64,000 nt of DNA from a virus (IMGVR_UViG_3300025646_000015:37269-101268), one strand, 5' to 3'; positions 46,126 through 55,922 are shown, counted from the first letter of the stretch. The notes: generated by a model from the sequence alone, not told the origin. Made by a program: numbers and translations.

Positions 46126-47154
46126 TTAAGAATTGAAAGTTTTATATAAACTGTTCTTATATGGGTGTGCGCTATCTAGCTTTGATGCTAGTCCCCACTT
46201 GTGAGCTAGGTAGGCCTCTATGTTTTCGCGAGTTTCTTGAGTAAGCTGTTCTCCTTCGTTGTTAAAAAATAAAACTTCTGCAATATATCCTTCGTGCTTA
46301 TTTGAGTTTCCTTCCCTGCAGCCTAGTTGTAGTTTGAGCATATCTTCGTTGTTTGGTTGCGTTGAAACTAACTCGTGAATATATGCTACGTCTGGTTTGG
46401 AGCCTTGAAAAACTCCATCTCTATATAAAAATGTTCCAAGGTTTCCTTCTGTTGTCCCTAGCACAGTTTCTTGCATAGAAATTCTTTCGTTTGTGTCACT
46501 TTCGCTTAAAAAATCAATTTTGTCACTTTGTGAGCTGTCAAATGAACCTATGACAGATGAATCTGACCGCAGGTAAAATCTAGATTTGTTGGGGTTTTCG
46601 TTTCCTGAGCCAAGAATGTAATCTTTGTTTGCTGCGTCTGATTTGTATACGATAAATACGGTTGTGTATCCAAATGAAATTGCGTCTGTGCTTGAAAATG
46701 TAAGGCAATTGTCTGCTCCATCGAAGTCTATAACATTTAATCCGTTAAGGGTTCTAGAATTCGTGCTTGGCATGTGGCTAGCCATTGAGGTTGATGCATG
46801 AAAATTGTTTCCGCTAATATCTCTCCATTCGCTAACGCTTCCAGAAGACTCTGAGATAGAGTTGCTTACTGTTGCATCAAGGTGCACTCTTATTGTGATG
46901 TCTAAAGCATTTAATTTGCTTTTTCTTTGAGGTCTAAATCCTGAATCGTATTCATCTTTGATCTCTGACTCTAGATCAAAATCGTATAATTTTCTAAATA
47001 ATTCTCTGCCTGTATGATTAATAAAATAATGTTCGTCTGCTTCTGTTCCTGCTAAAAGTATTGTATTAATCTGAGATTTCCATGTACTTAAGTTTGTCTG
47101 CAGCTCTTCTTTTGTCGCAGAGTGAATAAGGTTATTTAATTCTTGAAGGTTCAT
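46126..47154 (-). CDS. LamG-like adhesin/virion protein (YLAHKWGL module)
   Basis: LDA...VSEW.D.SGN..HA, NGLNV.DFDG, G.IAEV, EAYLAHKWGL...HPYK; GTGTAA 10 nt upstream. Confidence 0.75.
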   Translation of the reverse strand: MNLQELNNLIHSATKEELQTNLSTWKSQINTILLAGTEADEHYFINHTGRELFRKLYDFDLESEIKDEYDSGFRPQRKSKLNALDITIRVHLDATVSNSISESSGSVSEWRDISGNNFHASTSMASHMPSTNSRTLNGLNVIDFDGADNCLTFSSTDAISFGYTTVFIVYKSDAANKDYILGSGNENPNKSRFYLRSDSSVIGSFDSSQSDKIDFLSESDTNERISMQETVLGTTEGNLGTFLYRDGVFQGSKPDVAYIHELVSTQPNNEDMLKLQLGCREGNSNKHEGYIAEVLFFNNEGEQLTQETRENIEAYLAHKWGLASKLDSAHPYKNSLYKTFNS

Positions 47155-47191
47155 GTATAAAGAATTACACTATTTAAAAGAAATGTCAAGC

Positions 47192-50100
47192 TTATTGGCC
47201 TATAGGAGCATAATTTTTATAGGGATGATCAGATGGTAAATTAGATTGTAGACCCCACTTGTGAGCGAGGTAGCCTTCGACTTTTTCGCGTTCAGTATTG
47301 GAATGGTTTTCGTTGAAGATGATGATTTCAGCGATGTGACCATCCCAGTAATGTTCGGATTTGGAACTATGTTTACCAATGGTGATACCAGCAGGAGCTG
47401 GACCCCCCATGTTGGATAATAGACTATTCTGTGCGGTGCCGTTGTGGTAAGGGATTGCATTTGTGCCATCACTTACTGCTACGAGGATACTATGAGCTTC
47501 AACACTTTTTGCAGGTGTGTTTGTATCAGCCGAATTCCATGCACCTGAACCATAAAACGTAGCAAAATCGTTATTCCCATTTCCATTACCTAAGTAATAA
47601 TACTTTTCGATATTTAATATTCTACGGTACCCATTGGTATTTGATTTGGCCACGGCATAGATGGAGTGTGCGTTTTGAAGGACGAAGTTTGAGGAAATCA
47701 AGTGGTCTGCCGTTCCATCAAAACTGAGAACGGATTTTCCGTTGAGGCCAGAAGCAACCAAAGTAGGTTGATTTGCCCCTGTTCCCTGCGTGGCATGGTT
47801 CGAGTTTCCGCTCTTATCCAACCATTGACTAACTGCATCGGAAGTATGAATGATAGTACTTGAATCGTACGCGTCCAACCAGAGACTTGTTGTTATATTT
47901 GAGGGAGTCCATAGTGTTTCACCAGTTGGAGCGGGAGCATAATTTTTATATGGATGATCAGTGTGTAATAAAGAATTTAATCCCCATTTGTGCGCTAAAT
48001 ATCCCTGGAATTTATATTGATCCAAAGTATTTGTTGTTATAATTACCTCTCCCCAGTCTGATTTTTGTTCAAAATTATCTGGATTACTAGAATCATTTAA
48101 TGTTAAACCAAATGTGTCGTTATTAAAGGTTATATTTGCTCCACTGGTCGGGCCTATCACACTTTGACCGTTAAGTAAAAGCTCGATGGTATCAGCAATG
48201 GGATCAATAACAACCTCGTATAAATTCCATAAATTTGTAAGGTCAGATGTTGAAAATGAAATAGATGGAAGACTTGTTGGACTCATATATATATTGCCAA
48301 AAAACTGGGTAGAGCTATTGGATTGAATAATGAATTGTTGAGGGCCTGATGCTAACAGCTGAAATAGTCCATTGAAGGTGCCTGTACCATCTTGAATGGT
48401 TGGTTTTACTACTAAATATATATGAATTCTTTGTTCTTTCATCGGGACGGCTGCAGTTAATTCGTCTGCCTCGTCATCTGATCGAAAAATATTAGCATTG
48501 GTTAAACCTGGTCCAGCATAACCCTCAACACTTGCATCATCATCACATGGGATTGAAGTAATACTATTTACTGGCATTACGGATAAAGAGTTTTTCCCTT
48601 TTTCTATTATTGATGTTATAACATTAGAAACATCTTTATTAAAAGATGTTTCATCGTTTGCATCTAACCAAAATAAAAGATCTGTTTGAACTTGACTTGG
48701 TAACCAACCTCCCCCCGTGTTTACAGTCATTGCTTTTTGCATTTCTGATGCAAATTCCACTCCAATATCAAACATATCGTTACATTGATTACCATTAAAA
48801 TCTCTAACAGAAGGATCTCCGACTCCAACATGATTACTTGTTGTGCTGCCGTTGGTTCCGTCACCAGGCCCGTGTCCAAACAATGCCGCGTTAACTATAC
48901 CTATATTGGGATCTTCATCTGCTACTGGTTGTTGCCAATCTCCTCCGTATCCAATTTTTGTAATAACAATTGGAAATGTTGCATAATTTGAAACACTGTA
49001 TTCTGTGTTTAAATGAGATCTAAAATCATTAATAAATTGTTGCAAAGCTGTCTGATCTCCTCCAGATTCTCCTTGCCACCATATTAAACCTTTAAAGTTA
49101 TATGAATAGCCAAGACTGGTGAGTTTGCTTGTCGCATCTGATAGGCTACTAACTAGCCCGCGCCAAGCATCTCCTTCATTATCTCCAGTGCCAGACTTAT
49201 TCCAGTCTGAAAGTTCTGTTCCTGGCAACAAGGTACTGGCACCTACTGCATATTTAATGATTCCAATGTTTGTTCCTAGATTTAATGCTTGAGCATGATT
49301 CATGAACCCTAGTTCTGGGCCGAACTGAGTAGATTGACCAAGAGATGAATTACCGTCATCACCTCGTGTGTATTTAGCTCGAGTGGAGAATTGCCAATTA
49401 GAATAATATTGTGATGTAGATGCATTGCTAGTGTCGTCATGCCAAGAAGTGTAAAACATGCCATTTTGAAATGCTTGCTCGAATGTTAAATCTGAAACTG
49501 GAGCATGTCCGTGAGCATTGCTTTGCCCAGCGATAATAAACAAATCAACTGATTTAGAAGAGCCAAGGGTTGTATTGTCATTAAATTTTTTCCAATCTCC
49601 TTTTAGGAAGTACAGGGGCTGATTGCTGGTTAAATCAAATACAACTTGACCATCTTTACCAACAGGTAAGTTTTCATTGGCACTTGTAACTACTTTAACA
49701 GTAGATTTTTCTTCGAGATCTATAATTTTTAAGTCGTTTTGATCAAAATAATCTTTAGACAAAGCTCTATCTCCTACAAAAAGACTGTTGGCACTTAGAT
49801 ACATATGCCTAATCTTATATTCCGCACTTCCAATATCATATGTTGAATTGGTATCTGGGATAATATGTGTGTTTAGGTTGCCGTTTAAATAAGTGGCAAC
49901 ATTAGAGTCTCCATATGTGCCTCCTTGATTAACTAGAGTTTCAATATTTGTGCCGCTAACAAGCAAATCACCGACGAAGTTTTTTGATCCTCCTATAGTT
50001 TGATCACCAGTTCTATAAACTCCACTGGTTACAGTCAAGGCATTGCCAGAAAGATTGCCGCTAACATTGCCAGAAATAAAACTATCAAATCTTTTTTCGC

Positions 50101-50344
50101 CGCTTATTAATTGATCGCCAGTTATATAAACACCACTTTCAAAGGTTGTGTAATAATTGTTTGTTGTAGATTCTCCTCCCCCTCCAGTAGAATAAGAATC
50201 TAAATCATTCCAGGCTGTTGTCCCGTCGCCAATTTTAAGAATTTGATTAGAAGTATCAAATCCAGGTTCTCCAGCATTTAGAACTGGATTATAGAAGGAC
50301 CATTGGCTGCTAGTCCCGCGTCGAAGTAGTATTCTTTGAGCCAT
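47192..50344 (-). CDS. tail fibre/receptor-binding protein: Mtd_N-like head, SASA (SGNH) carbohydrate acetylesterase, two LamG-like modules
   Basis: RRGT..QW..NPVL..GE.GFDT...LKIGDG..AW; VY.TGDQ repeats; AGQSN and WWQGES; two YLAHKWGL..HPYKNYAP ends. Confidence 0.85.
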   Translation of the reverse strand: MAQRILLRRGTSSQWSFYNPVLNAGEPGFDTSNQILKIGDGTTAWNDLDSYSTGGGGESTTNNYYTTFESGVYITGDQLISGEKRFDSFISGNVSGNLSGNALTVTSGVYRTGDQTIGGSKNFVGDLLVSGTNIETLVNQGGTYGDSNVATYLNGNLNTHIIPDTNSTYDIGSAEYKIRHMYLSANSLFVGDRALSKDYFDQNDLKIIDLEEKSTVKVVTSANENLPVGKDGQVVFDLTSNQPLYFLKGDWKKFNDNTTLGSSKSVDLFIIAGQSNAHGHAPVSDLTFEQAFQNGMFYTSWHDDTSNASTSQYYSNWQFSTRAKYTRGDDGNSSLGQSTQFGPELGFMNHAQALNLGTNIGIIKYAVGASTLLPGTELSDWNKSGTGDNEGDAWRGLVSSLSDATSKLTSLGYSYNFKGLIWWQGESGGDQTALQQFINDFRSHLNTEYSVSNYATFPIVITKIGYGGDWQQPVADEDPNIGIVNAALFGHGPGDGTNGSTTSNHVGVGDPSVRDFNGNQCNDMFDIGVEFASEMQKAMTVNTGGGWLPSQVQTDLLFWLDANDETSFNKDVSNVITSIIEKGKNSLSVMPVNSITSIPCDDDASVEGYAGPGLTNANIFRSDDEADELTAAVPMKEQRIHIYLVVKPTIQDGTGTFNGLFQLLASGPQQFIIQSNSSTQFFGNIYMSPTSLPSISFSTSDLTNLWNLYEVVIDPIADTIELLLNGQSVIGPTSGANITFNNDTFGLTLNDSSNPDNFEQKSDWGEVIITTNTLDQYKFQGYLAHKWGLNSLLHTDHPYKNYAPAPTGETLWTPSNITTSLWLDAYDSSTIIHTSDAVSQWLDKSGNSNHATQGTGANQPTLVASGLNGKSVLSFDGTADHLISSNFVLQNAHSIYAVAKSNTNGYRRILNIEKYYYLGNGNGNNDFATFYGSGAWNSADTNTPAKSVEAHSILVAVSDGTNAIPYHNGTAQNSLLSNMGGPAPAGITIGKHSSKSEHYWDGHIAEIIIFNENHSNTEREKVEGYLAHKWGLQSNLPSDHPYKNYAPIGQ
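47205..47961. repeat. 28-bp direct repeat (1 mismatch) at the ends of the two LamG modules
   Basis: ggagcataatttttata(g/t)ggatgatcag at 47205-47232 and 47934-47961. Confidence 0.85.
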
Positions 50345-50350
50345 AATTTA

Positions 50351-51178
50351 TCACAGCTCAGGTCTTTCGGAATAATATGTATGGGCGGGATCTAATTGAG
50401 ATTGAAGTCCCCATTTGTGAGCCAGGAATCCTTCGATTTTTTCGGTATGTGCAACATCTTGAACAATTACAATATCACTCATAAAACCATCTAAATATGC
50501 AGCTGACTGAAATTGAGAAGCGATTTTAAGACCCGTTCCGTTTCTGGTCCCTGTATTATTTGTGAGATCAATTACATTAACTCCATTTATTCTTAATTTA
50601 AATGTATCACTTTCTTGATCGGAAACAAATGATAAAATATAACAATGATCATTGCTTTCTGGAAATGTTTCTGTAGTAGATCCTCCTGGTTGATTTCCTA
50701 AAACACCGTTAATTCTTCTAAGAAAAATACGGTCAGGATCATTATTATCACTATCAAAAATAAATTCTTGGGGCTCTTCTGTGGCATCGATATCAAAACT
50801 TAAAATTGTATGAAATCCAAAAGTAGCGGTAGGTATAGAATTATTTACCAAATTTGCGGCACCATCAAAATCAAAAACATTCTTGTTATATAATTGTCTG
50901 GCTCCAATAACTGGACCATTGTTATCTGGGGAGAGTGCATACTGTCCGTTTTGACTCACAACAGTTGTTGCTCGATTATTCGAATCTAATGTTAGAGAGT
51001 CGGCGTCACTGGGGTCGTACCAACCAATCAAGTTGTCGGTTGAGTCAACATGTATTTGAGATGGAGTCCATGGATGACGACGTACATCAAAAAACATGGT
51101 ATTGTTCTTTTTCTTTAAAAGAAGGTGTCCTCGCACAAAATGCAAAGAATTGCCATTGGGATCTTTAAGTATTGCCAT
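50351..51178 (-). CDS. LamG-like adhesin/virion protein (YLAHKWGL module)
   Basis: WTPSQI, WYD.SD, FDFDG, EKIEGFLAHKWGL...H.Y. Confidence 0.75.
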   Translation of the reverse strand: MAILKDPNGNSLHFVRGHLLLKKKNNTMFFDVRRHPWTPSQIHVDSTDNLIGWYDPSDADSLTLDSNNRATTVVSQNGQYALSPDNNGPVIGARQLYNKNVFDFDGAANLVNNSIPTATFGFHTILSFDIDATEEPQEFIFDSDNNDPDRIFLRRINGVLGNQPGGSTTETFPESNDHCYILSFVSDQESDTFKLRINGVNVIDLTNNTGTRNGTGLKIASQFQSAAYLDGFMSDIVIVQDVAHTEKIEGFLAHKWGLQSQLDPAHTYYSERPEL

Positions 51179-51183
51179 GATAT

Positions 51184-51639
51184 TTAAGAAGTTGGTAATA
51201 GAAAATAAGTATAATAATTGGGTGTAAATAAGCCATGCGGTCGAACATCACTTTCAATAGAAAATCTTCTTTCATCAAACTCCAATCTTTTCGCGTTTTT
51301 TAAGATTTCATGTCCATCTGAGTCGACTTTTATTCGAACATAACCATCGGGCATTGTTATTTTTAATTGAGAATCTACAGAAGAATCTTCAAACATAGCC
51401 TCAGAACGATCTGTGTCATATTGAATGCGAGCATTAAATGATCCAGATTGAACAATTCTTTGCACAGTTTGTTTGGGAGCAATATTTTGTTGGTAGATGC
51501 TATTAAATTTAGGATTAGTAGAAAGAACTACTTTCTTCGCCTCTTTGTAGTAATAAATTGGCCGAGCGAATGTATCATGCAAGTCTTGAAATACAGATTG
51601 CATGGCAGATTTTTCAGAATCTGTCAGAAAGCTAGGCAT
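51184..51639 (-). CDS. putative head-closure/neck protein
   Basis: H.TFARPI, ARI.Y, VRIKV, EFD.R.F, YY.YFL; GTGTAA 11 nt upstream. Confidence 0.45.
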   Translation of the reverse strand: MPSFLTDSEKSAMQSVFQDLHDTFARPIYYYKEAKKVVLSTNPKFNSIYQQNIAPKQTVQRIVQSGSFNARIQYDTDRSEAMFEDSSVDSQLKITMPDGYVRIKVDSDGHEILKNAKRLEFDERRFSIESDVRPHGLFTPNYYTYFLLPTS

Positions 51640-51666
51640 AATAATGTATATTACACAGAAACACGC

Positions 51667-52251
51667 TTATTTTATACGAATTTCTTTCCAGTTTACCTTT
51701 TTATCTTTCACGAGATTTCTAATATGTCTTTGTTTGGAATTTAATTGACTGTTCCCGCTTTTTACTTCTATAAACGTAACCTCTTCTTCTCCGAAAGATA
51801 TATAATCTATGGGTTGACCCAAAAATGAACATTGTTCTGGTTCAAATTCAAATTGATCTAAGAAGGGAGCGAGTGTCTCTGCTATATGACCGAGCCTAAC
51901 TTCACTACTTTTCTTTTGGGATACTACTTTTGCTTTTAATTCTTGCTGTTCTGATAATTTTTCTTGAAGTTTTACTATAGTGTTTTCGTAATCCTTTTCT
52001 TTTGTTTGTATCTCAATCTTTTTTTCCTGTATAGATTCTCTTTCTAATTTAAAAGATTCTTGCAGTGTGGATAAATTATGTTTGTATGTATTTTCTCGAG
52101 CAGAGAAGTCTTGCTCCATTTCTTTTATCCTACCCTTTAATAGAAAATTATCTTTTTCTATATCTTCTAAGTTTTTTAATCTTTTTTTAAATTTTAAAAA
52201 AATAAAAGCAGATGAAACAATGGATGCGAGTAGTAATAACTCAAACAACAT
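51667..52251 (-). CDS. membrane-anchored Holliday-junction-resolvase-like nuclease (Endonuc_Holl)
   Basis: N-terminal TM and coiled coil; G.IAE.LAPF, FLG.PIDYI.F, FIEVKSG.S.L...Q; ATG 52251 overlaps the upstream TAA. Confidence 0.8.
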   Translation of the reverse strand: MLFELLLLASIVSSAFIFLKFKKRLKNLEDIEKDNFLLKGRIKEMEQDFSARENTYKHNLSTLQESFKLERESIQEKKIEIQTKEKDYENTIVKLQEKLSEQQELKAKVVSQKKSSEVRLGHIAETLAPFLDQFEFEPEQCSFLGQPIDYISFGEEEVTFIEVKSGNSQLNSKQRHIRNLVKDKKVNWKEIRIK

Positions 52252-52340
52252 TAAACAAAAGTTTTCCATGAAGATCGATTAGCAATAAAATCATCTTCAC
52301 TCGATTCGTGAATTAAATTATTTAACTCTTGTAAATTCAT
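52251..52340 (-). pseudogene. 29-aa mini-ORF, truncated paralog of the N-terminus of 46126..47154
   Basis: MNLQELNNLIHESSEDDFIANRSSWKTFV* vs MNLQELNNLIHSATKEELQTNLSTWKSQI; own GTGTAA motif 8 nt upstream; absent from the ORF track. Confidence 0.8.
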
Positions 52341-52358
52341 AATATGAATTACACTATT

Positions 52359-52793
52359 TTAACGCTTCTTACTTGGGATGGCATAAAACCCTACAACCAT
52401 AAAGCATAAATCAATGAAAGAACTGAGCATTAATCCACCACTCAATGTAACAACTTCCCATTCTTTACCGCCAAATATCCAGCTAAAGAAACCCCACTTT
52501 GCTCCATCGCCTTTAGGGACAATTACATCATAAGTAATTGTAGGATTGTGCGCATAATAAATCATAAGATAACACATAGTGAATGTTATCGTCATGAATA
52601 ATATTCTACGGGTAACTTTAACGAAAGGATCACTAGCTTGCTGCTCCTGATTTTTAATCATGGCTTCAAGCATCGCAGTATCTCTTGCTGCAAGCATCAT
52701 TTGATCTTGACGCTTTTGTTCAAGCCAAGAATTTATTAGGTTGCAGGCAAGTTTTATACCTGCACCTAATATGGTATTAAGAATTGGACCCAT
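52359..52793 (-). CDS. membrane protein, possible holin
   Basis: amphipathic N-terminus, 2 TM segments, basic C-terminus KKR. Confidence 0.5.
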   Translation of the reverse strand: MGPILNTILGAGIKLACNLINSWLEQKRQDQMMLAARDTAMLEAMIKNQEQQASDPFVKVTRRILFMTITFTMCYLMIYYAHNPTITYDVIVPKGDGAKWGFFSWIFGGKEWEVVTLSGGLMLSSFIDLCFMVVGFYAIPSKKR

Positions 52794-52984
52794 TAGCCAA
52801 GAGAGTCAAAAACTTCTTTACTGCAAAATTTTGTTAGCTTGGTTCCATCTTCGTCAACAGCAGATAACCCATAACGAGTAACTGTTTTACCAGTTTTAGT
52901 GGTGCGTTCATAAGTTTTTTTTTGAACATTAGCTTCAGAAATCTGAACTTTAGTTTTCTTTTTTACATTATAGAATTCTATCAT
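52793..52984 (-). CDS. small basic DNA-binding-like protein (CC1/Cren7/DUF5679-like)
   Basis: EFYNVK.K.KV...RY...A..EDGT.LTKF pattern; 63 aa, Lys/Thr-rich. Confidence 0.5.
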   Translation of the reverse strand: MIEFYNVKKKTKVQISEANVQKKTYERTTKTGKTVTRYGLSAVDEDGTKLTKFCSKEVFDSLG

Positions 52985-52998
52985 AATATTATATATTG

Positions 52999-53436
52999 TT
53001 AAATTTTATATCTTTTATCTCTATAGATACACAAGCATTCTATTAAATCATCTTGTATATTATAAGGAAAGTCTTCTATTTTTTCAAGTGGATACCAAAT
53101 ATATTCTGTATGTTCTTCATTTAATACAACTTCTGGCTTGTAATCTAAACAGCAGCAATAAACAGATAATTCAGTGCCGTTGTGATAAATATTTTTAATA
53201 TAATTTAATTTATCTAATGTGGTTTTAATTCCTGTTTCTTCAATCAATTCTCTAATTGCACAAATTATTGGATTTTCACCTTGCTCTATCGATCCGCCAA
53301 AAATACTCCAATATCCACCTAAGGAAATGGACTCTCCATTCCAAAATTCAATACGTTTACCAAGTAAAATTTGATCTTCAAAGACTACACCTACTCCCGA
53401 GGCTCTTTTATTGACATGATTCACAAATTTCTCCAT
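52999..53436 (-). CDS. NUDIX hydrolase
   Basis: GGSIEQGENP..CAIRELIEETGI Nudix box; LNEEH..Y.W. Confidence 0.9.
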   Translation of the reverse strand: MEKFVNHVNKRASGVGVVFEDQILLGKRIEFWNGESISLGGYWSIFGGSIEQGENPIICAIRELIEETGIKTTLDKLNYIKNIYHNGTELSVYCCCLDYKPEVVLNEEHTEYIWYPLEKIEDFPYNIQDDLIECLCIYRDKRYKI

Positions 53437-55831
53437 TCTTCATGGCTTCAATACTGCAAGCTTGAGCTTCTTTTGTTGATGATGGTTGTTCGGAGGATGT
53501 TGATTTTTCAACTTTTGAAGCGGCTCTATTTCTCAAATAATAAGTGGTTTTCAATCCAACTTCCCAACTAGCCATATAAATATCATTTAAATATTTTAAA
53601 GAAGTGGTTTTATTATAAAGATTGAAACTAATAGCTTGATCGATCCATTTTTGGCGAGCAGCATTGGACTCGATGAGTTTAAACATGTCTCTATCAAAGG
53701 CAGTTTTGTATTTTTCTTTTATGTCTTCTGGAATAGATCCATTTAATAAAGATAAATCACCATCACAACTTTTGACTAAAGCTGCGGTTTCTGCATTCCA
53801 CAAACCTCTTGATTTCATATCTTTAACGAAATGGGGGTTTGTGATATAAAAATTACCGCTTTTATTTTCATAAACAAATAATACAGAAAAATTTGGTTCA
53901 ATGCTTTGTTCGACACCATTTATATAACCTATCGTAGCGGTAGGAGCAATTGCCATTACATTACTATTACGCATACCATTAGACTTTATCGAATTTCGAA
54001 CCTCTGACCAATTCAAAGATTCCCCATTTCCAGGCTCAGATTTTCTATATTTATGCAAATTATTCCAACTGTCTATTGGTAAGACGTTTTGGGACCACAA
54101 GGAGCCTTGGTAGTTTTCATAAGGTCCGCGTTCTTTTGCTAAATTAGAACTAGCTAATATAGCCTCCCTGCTATAAAATTCAAAAAAGTAATTGTTCCAT
54201 TCTATAGCTTCATCGCTATCTATAGATATATTTTTTGAATGCAATACATCATGTATCCCCATAACACCGAGGCCTATGGGGCGGTTTTTAAGGTTAGAAT
54301 TACTTGATTCTTTTGTTGGGTAAAAGTTAATATCAATAACATTATCTAACATTCTAACAGCTGTATGAATTGATTTTCTTAACTTATCAAAATTTATTTC
54401 TCCATCGTTATCTAAATGGTTTAGTATATTAATGGACCCAAGATTGCAAACGGCGGTCTCCCCTATTTCAGTTTTTTCACCCTCTTTATATCTTGACGGT
54501 TTTGTATGCAAAGTGATTTCTGTACATAAATTTGAACTGTGTACTATTCCAGCATGCTGGTTAGTATATCTGATATTACAAGGATCTTTGAATGTGCACC
54601 AAGGATGTGAGGTTTCAAATAAAACTTTTAACATTTTTTTCCACAAATCTTTTGCTGGAGTGGTCCTATAATTTTTAATTAAACCTTCTTCTGCCTTCTG
54701 GCACAATTTATTATACTTTTTATCAAATTCTTCGCCAAAGGAATCGTGAAGGTCGGCATCATTGGGGTCAAAAAAATACCACATGTCTTCATTTTTAACT
54801 CTACGCATAAATTCATCTGGAATCCAGGATGCAGTATTCATATCATGACAACGCAATCTGTCATCACCAGTGTTTCTTCTAAGATTAAGAAAATCTTCGA
54901 AATCCAAATGCCAAGGTTCTAGATATGCACAACCTGCACCTGGGCGTTTTCCTCCTTGGTTTACTGCAATAAGTAAATCGTTATAAATTTTTAACCAAGG
55001 AATGAGGCCGCTAGATATTCCGTTAGTTCCTTGAATATGAGATCCCGTAGAACGAAAAGGGGTAACATCAAGGCCAAGGCCACCTGCATATTTTGACTTT
55101 CTGGCTTCTTGCCAAGCTCCATCAAAAATACCATCGATACTATCGTCAAAAGTATTAAGGTAGCAAGAGCTGAGTTGAGAATGGGTAGTTCCACTATTAA
55201 ATAACGTAGGTGTTGAGGAGGTATAAAGTTGTTTGCTCAATAAATCATAAAACTCTATAGCCTTTTCGTTTTTATTTTCTTCATTGATTGCTAAACCCAT
55301 TGCGACTCTCATATAAAAAGACTGAGGAGCCTCCATAATTTTACCGTCTAATCTTATAAAATATCTATCATATAAAATCTGAATCCCCAAATATTTGAGA
55401 TGTTTATCTCTCCTGATTTTGAGAGATTCAGACAATTTTATCAAATCAAATTCAAGTAATCTAGAGTCGAGCCTATTTTCTTTTGCTAATTTCTTTATAT
55501 TCTGTATAAATGATTTTCTATATTGAAGTTTAAAAGTGTCAGAGTCAACCCCTTCTTTAAAACACTCTTTGTATAAAGTATTAAGCAATAATCCAGCCGC
55601 AGCATAGGAGTAGTTCGGTTCTTTTTCTATTTTCTCTCTGGCTGAGAGAATGAGTGCTTGATCTATTTCTTTAGTTGTGATCTTGTCAAATAACTGAAGT
55701 TGTGCATCTAATACTATTTCACTAGCAGAAACATCTTCTATTGAATCGCAAGCTCTTTGAGCACTTGCATTAATTTTTTCTACATTAAATTCTTCGAGTC
55801 GACCATTGCGTTTTTTAACTTTAATTTGCAT
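53408..55831 (-). CDS. nrdA: ribonucleotide reductase large subunit (class I) with ATP cone
   Basis: VKKRNG ATP cone, TPTLFN, SSCYL, SNLCTEI, VCNLGS, APTAT, KTTYY, C-terminal CESC. Confidence 0.97.
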   Translation of the reverse strand: MQIKVKKRNGRLEEFNVEKINASAQRACDSIEDVSASEIVLDAQLQLFDKITTKEIDQALILSAREKIEKEPNYSYAAAGLLLNTLYKECFKEGVDSDTFKLQYRKSFIQNIKKLAKENRLDSRLLEFDLIKLSESLKIRRDKHLKYLGIQILYDRYFIRLDGKIMEAPQSFYMRVAMGLAINEENKNEKAIEFYDLLSKQLYTSSTPTLFNSGTTHSQLSSCYLNTFDDSIDGIFDGAWQEARKSKYAGGLGLDVTPFRSTGSHIQGTNGISSGLIPWLKIYNDLLIAVNQGGKRPGAGCAYLEPWHLDFEDFLNLRRNTGDDRLRCHDMNTASWIPDEFMRRVKNEDMWYFFDPNDADLHDSFGEEFDKKYNKLCQKAEEGLIKNYRTTPAKDLWKKMLKVLFETSHPWCTFKDPCNIRYTNQHAGIVHSSNLCTEITLHTKPSRYKEGEKTEIGETAVCNLGSINILNHLDNDGEINFDKLRKSIHTAVRMLDNVIDINFYPTKESSNSNLKNRPIGLGVMGIHDVLHSKNISIDSDEAIEWNNYFFEFYSREAILASSNLAKERGPYENYQGSLWSQNVLPIDSWNNLHKYRKSEPGNGESLNWSEVRNSIKSNGMRNSNVMAIAPTATIGYINGVEQSIEPNFSVLFVYENKSGNFYITNPHFVKDMKSRGLWNAETAALVKSCDGDLSLLNGSIPEDIKEKYKTAFDRDMFKLIESNAARQKWIDQAISFNLYNKTTSLKYLNDIYMASWEVGLKTTYYLRNRAASKVEKSTSSEQPSSTKEAQACSIEAMKNGEICESCQ

Positions 55832-55922
55832 GTTATTTTTTACACGGAGTATAGTTTTATTTTATCTAAAAAGATAAAAAAATAGAAAAAGAATTTTAAC
55901 AAAATTCAAAAAAAAATCAAGG

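Noticed and set aside
46126-50344. Diversity-generating retroelement (Mtd_N-like fibre, AAC-rich codons)
   Set aside because: No reverse transcriptase in the window and no TR/VR pair differing only at adenines; the only DNA repeat found is 28 bp with a non-A mismatch on the + strand.
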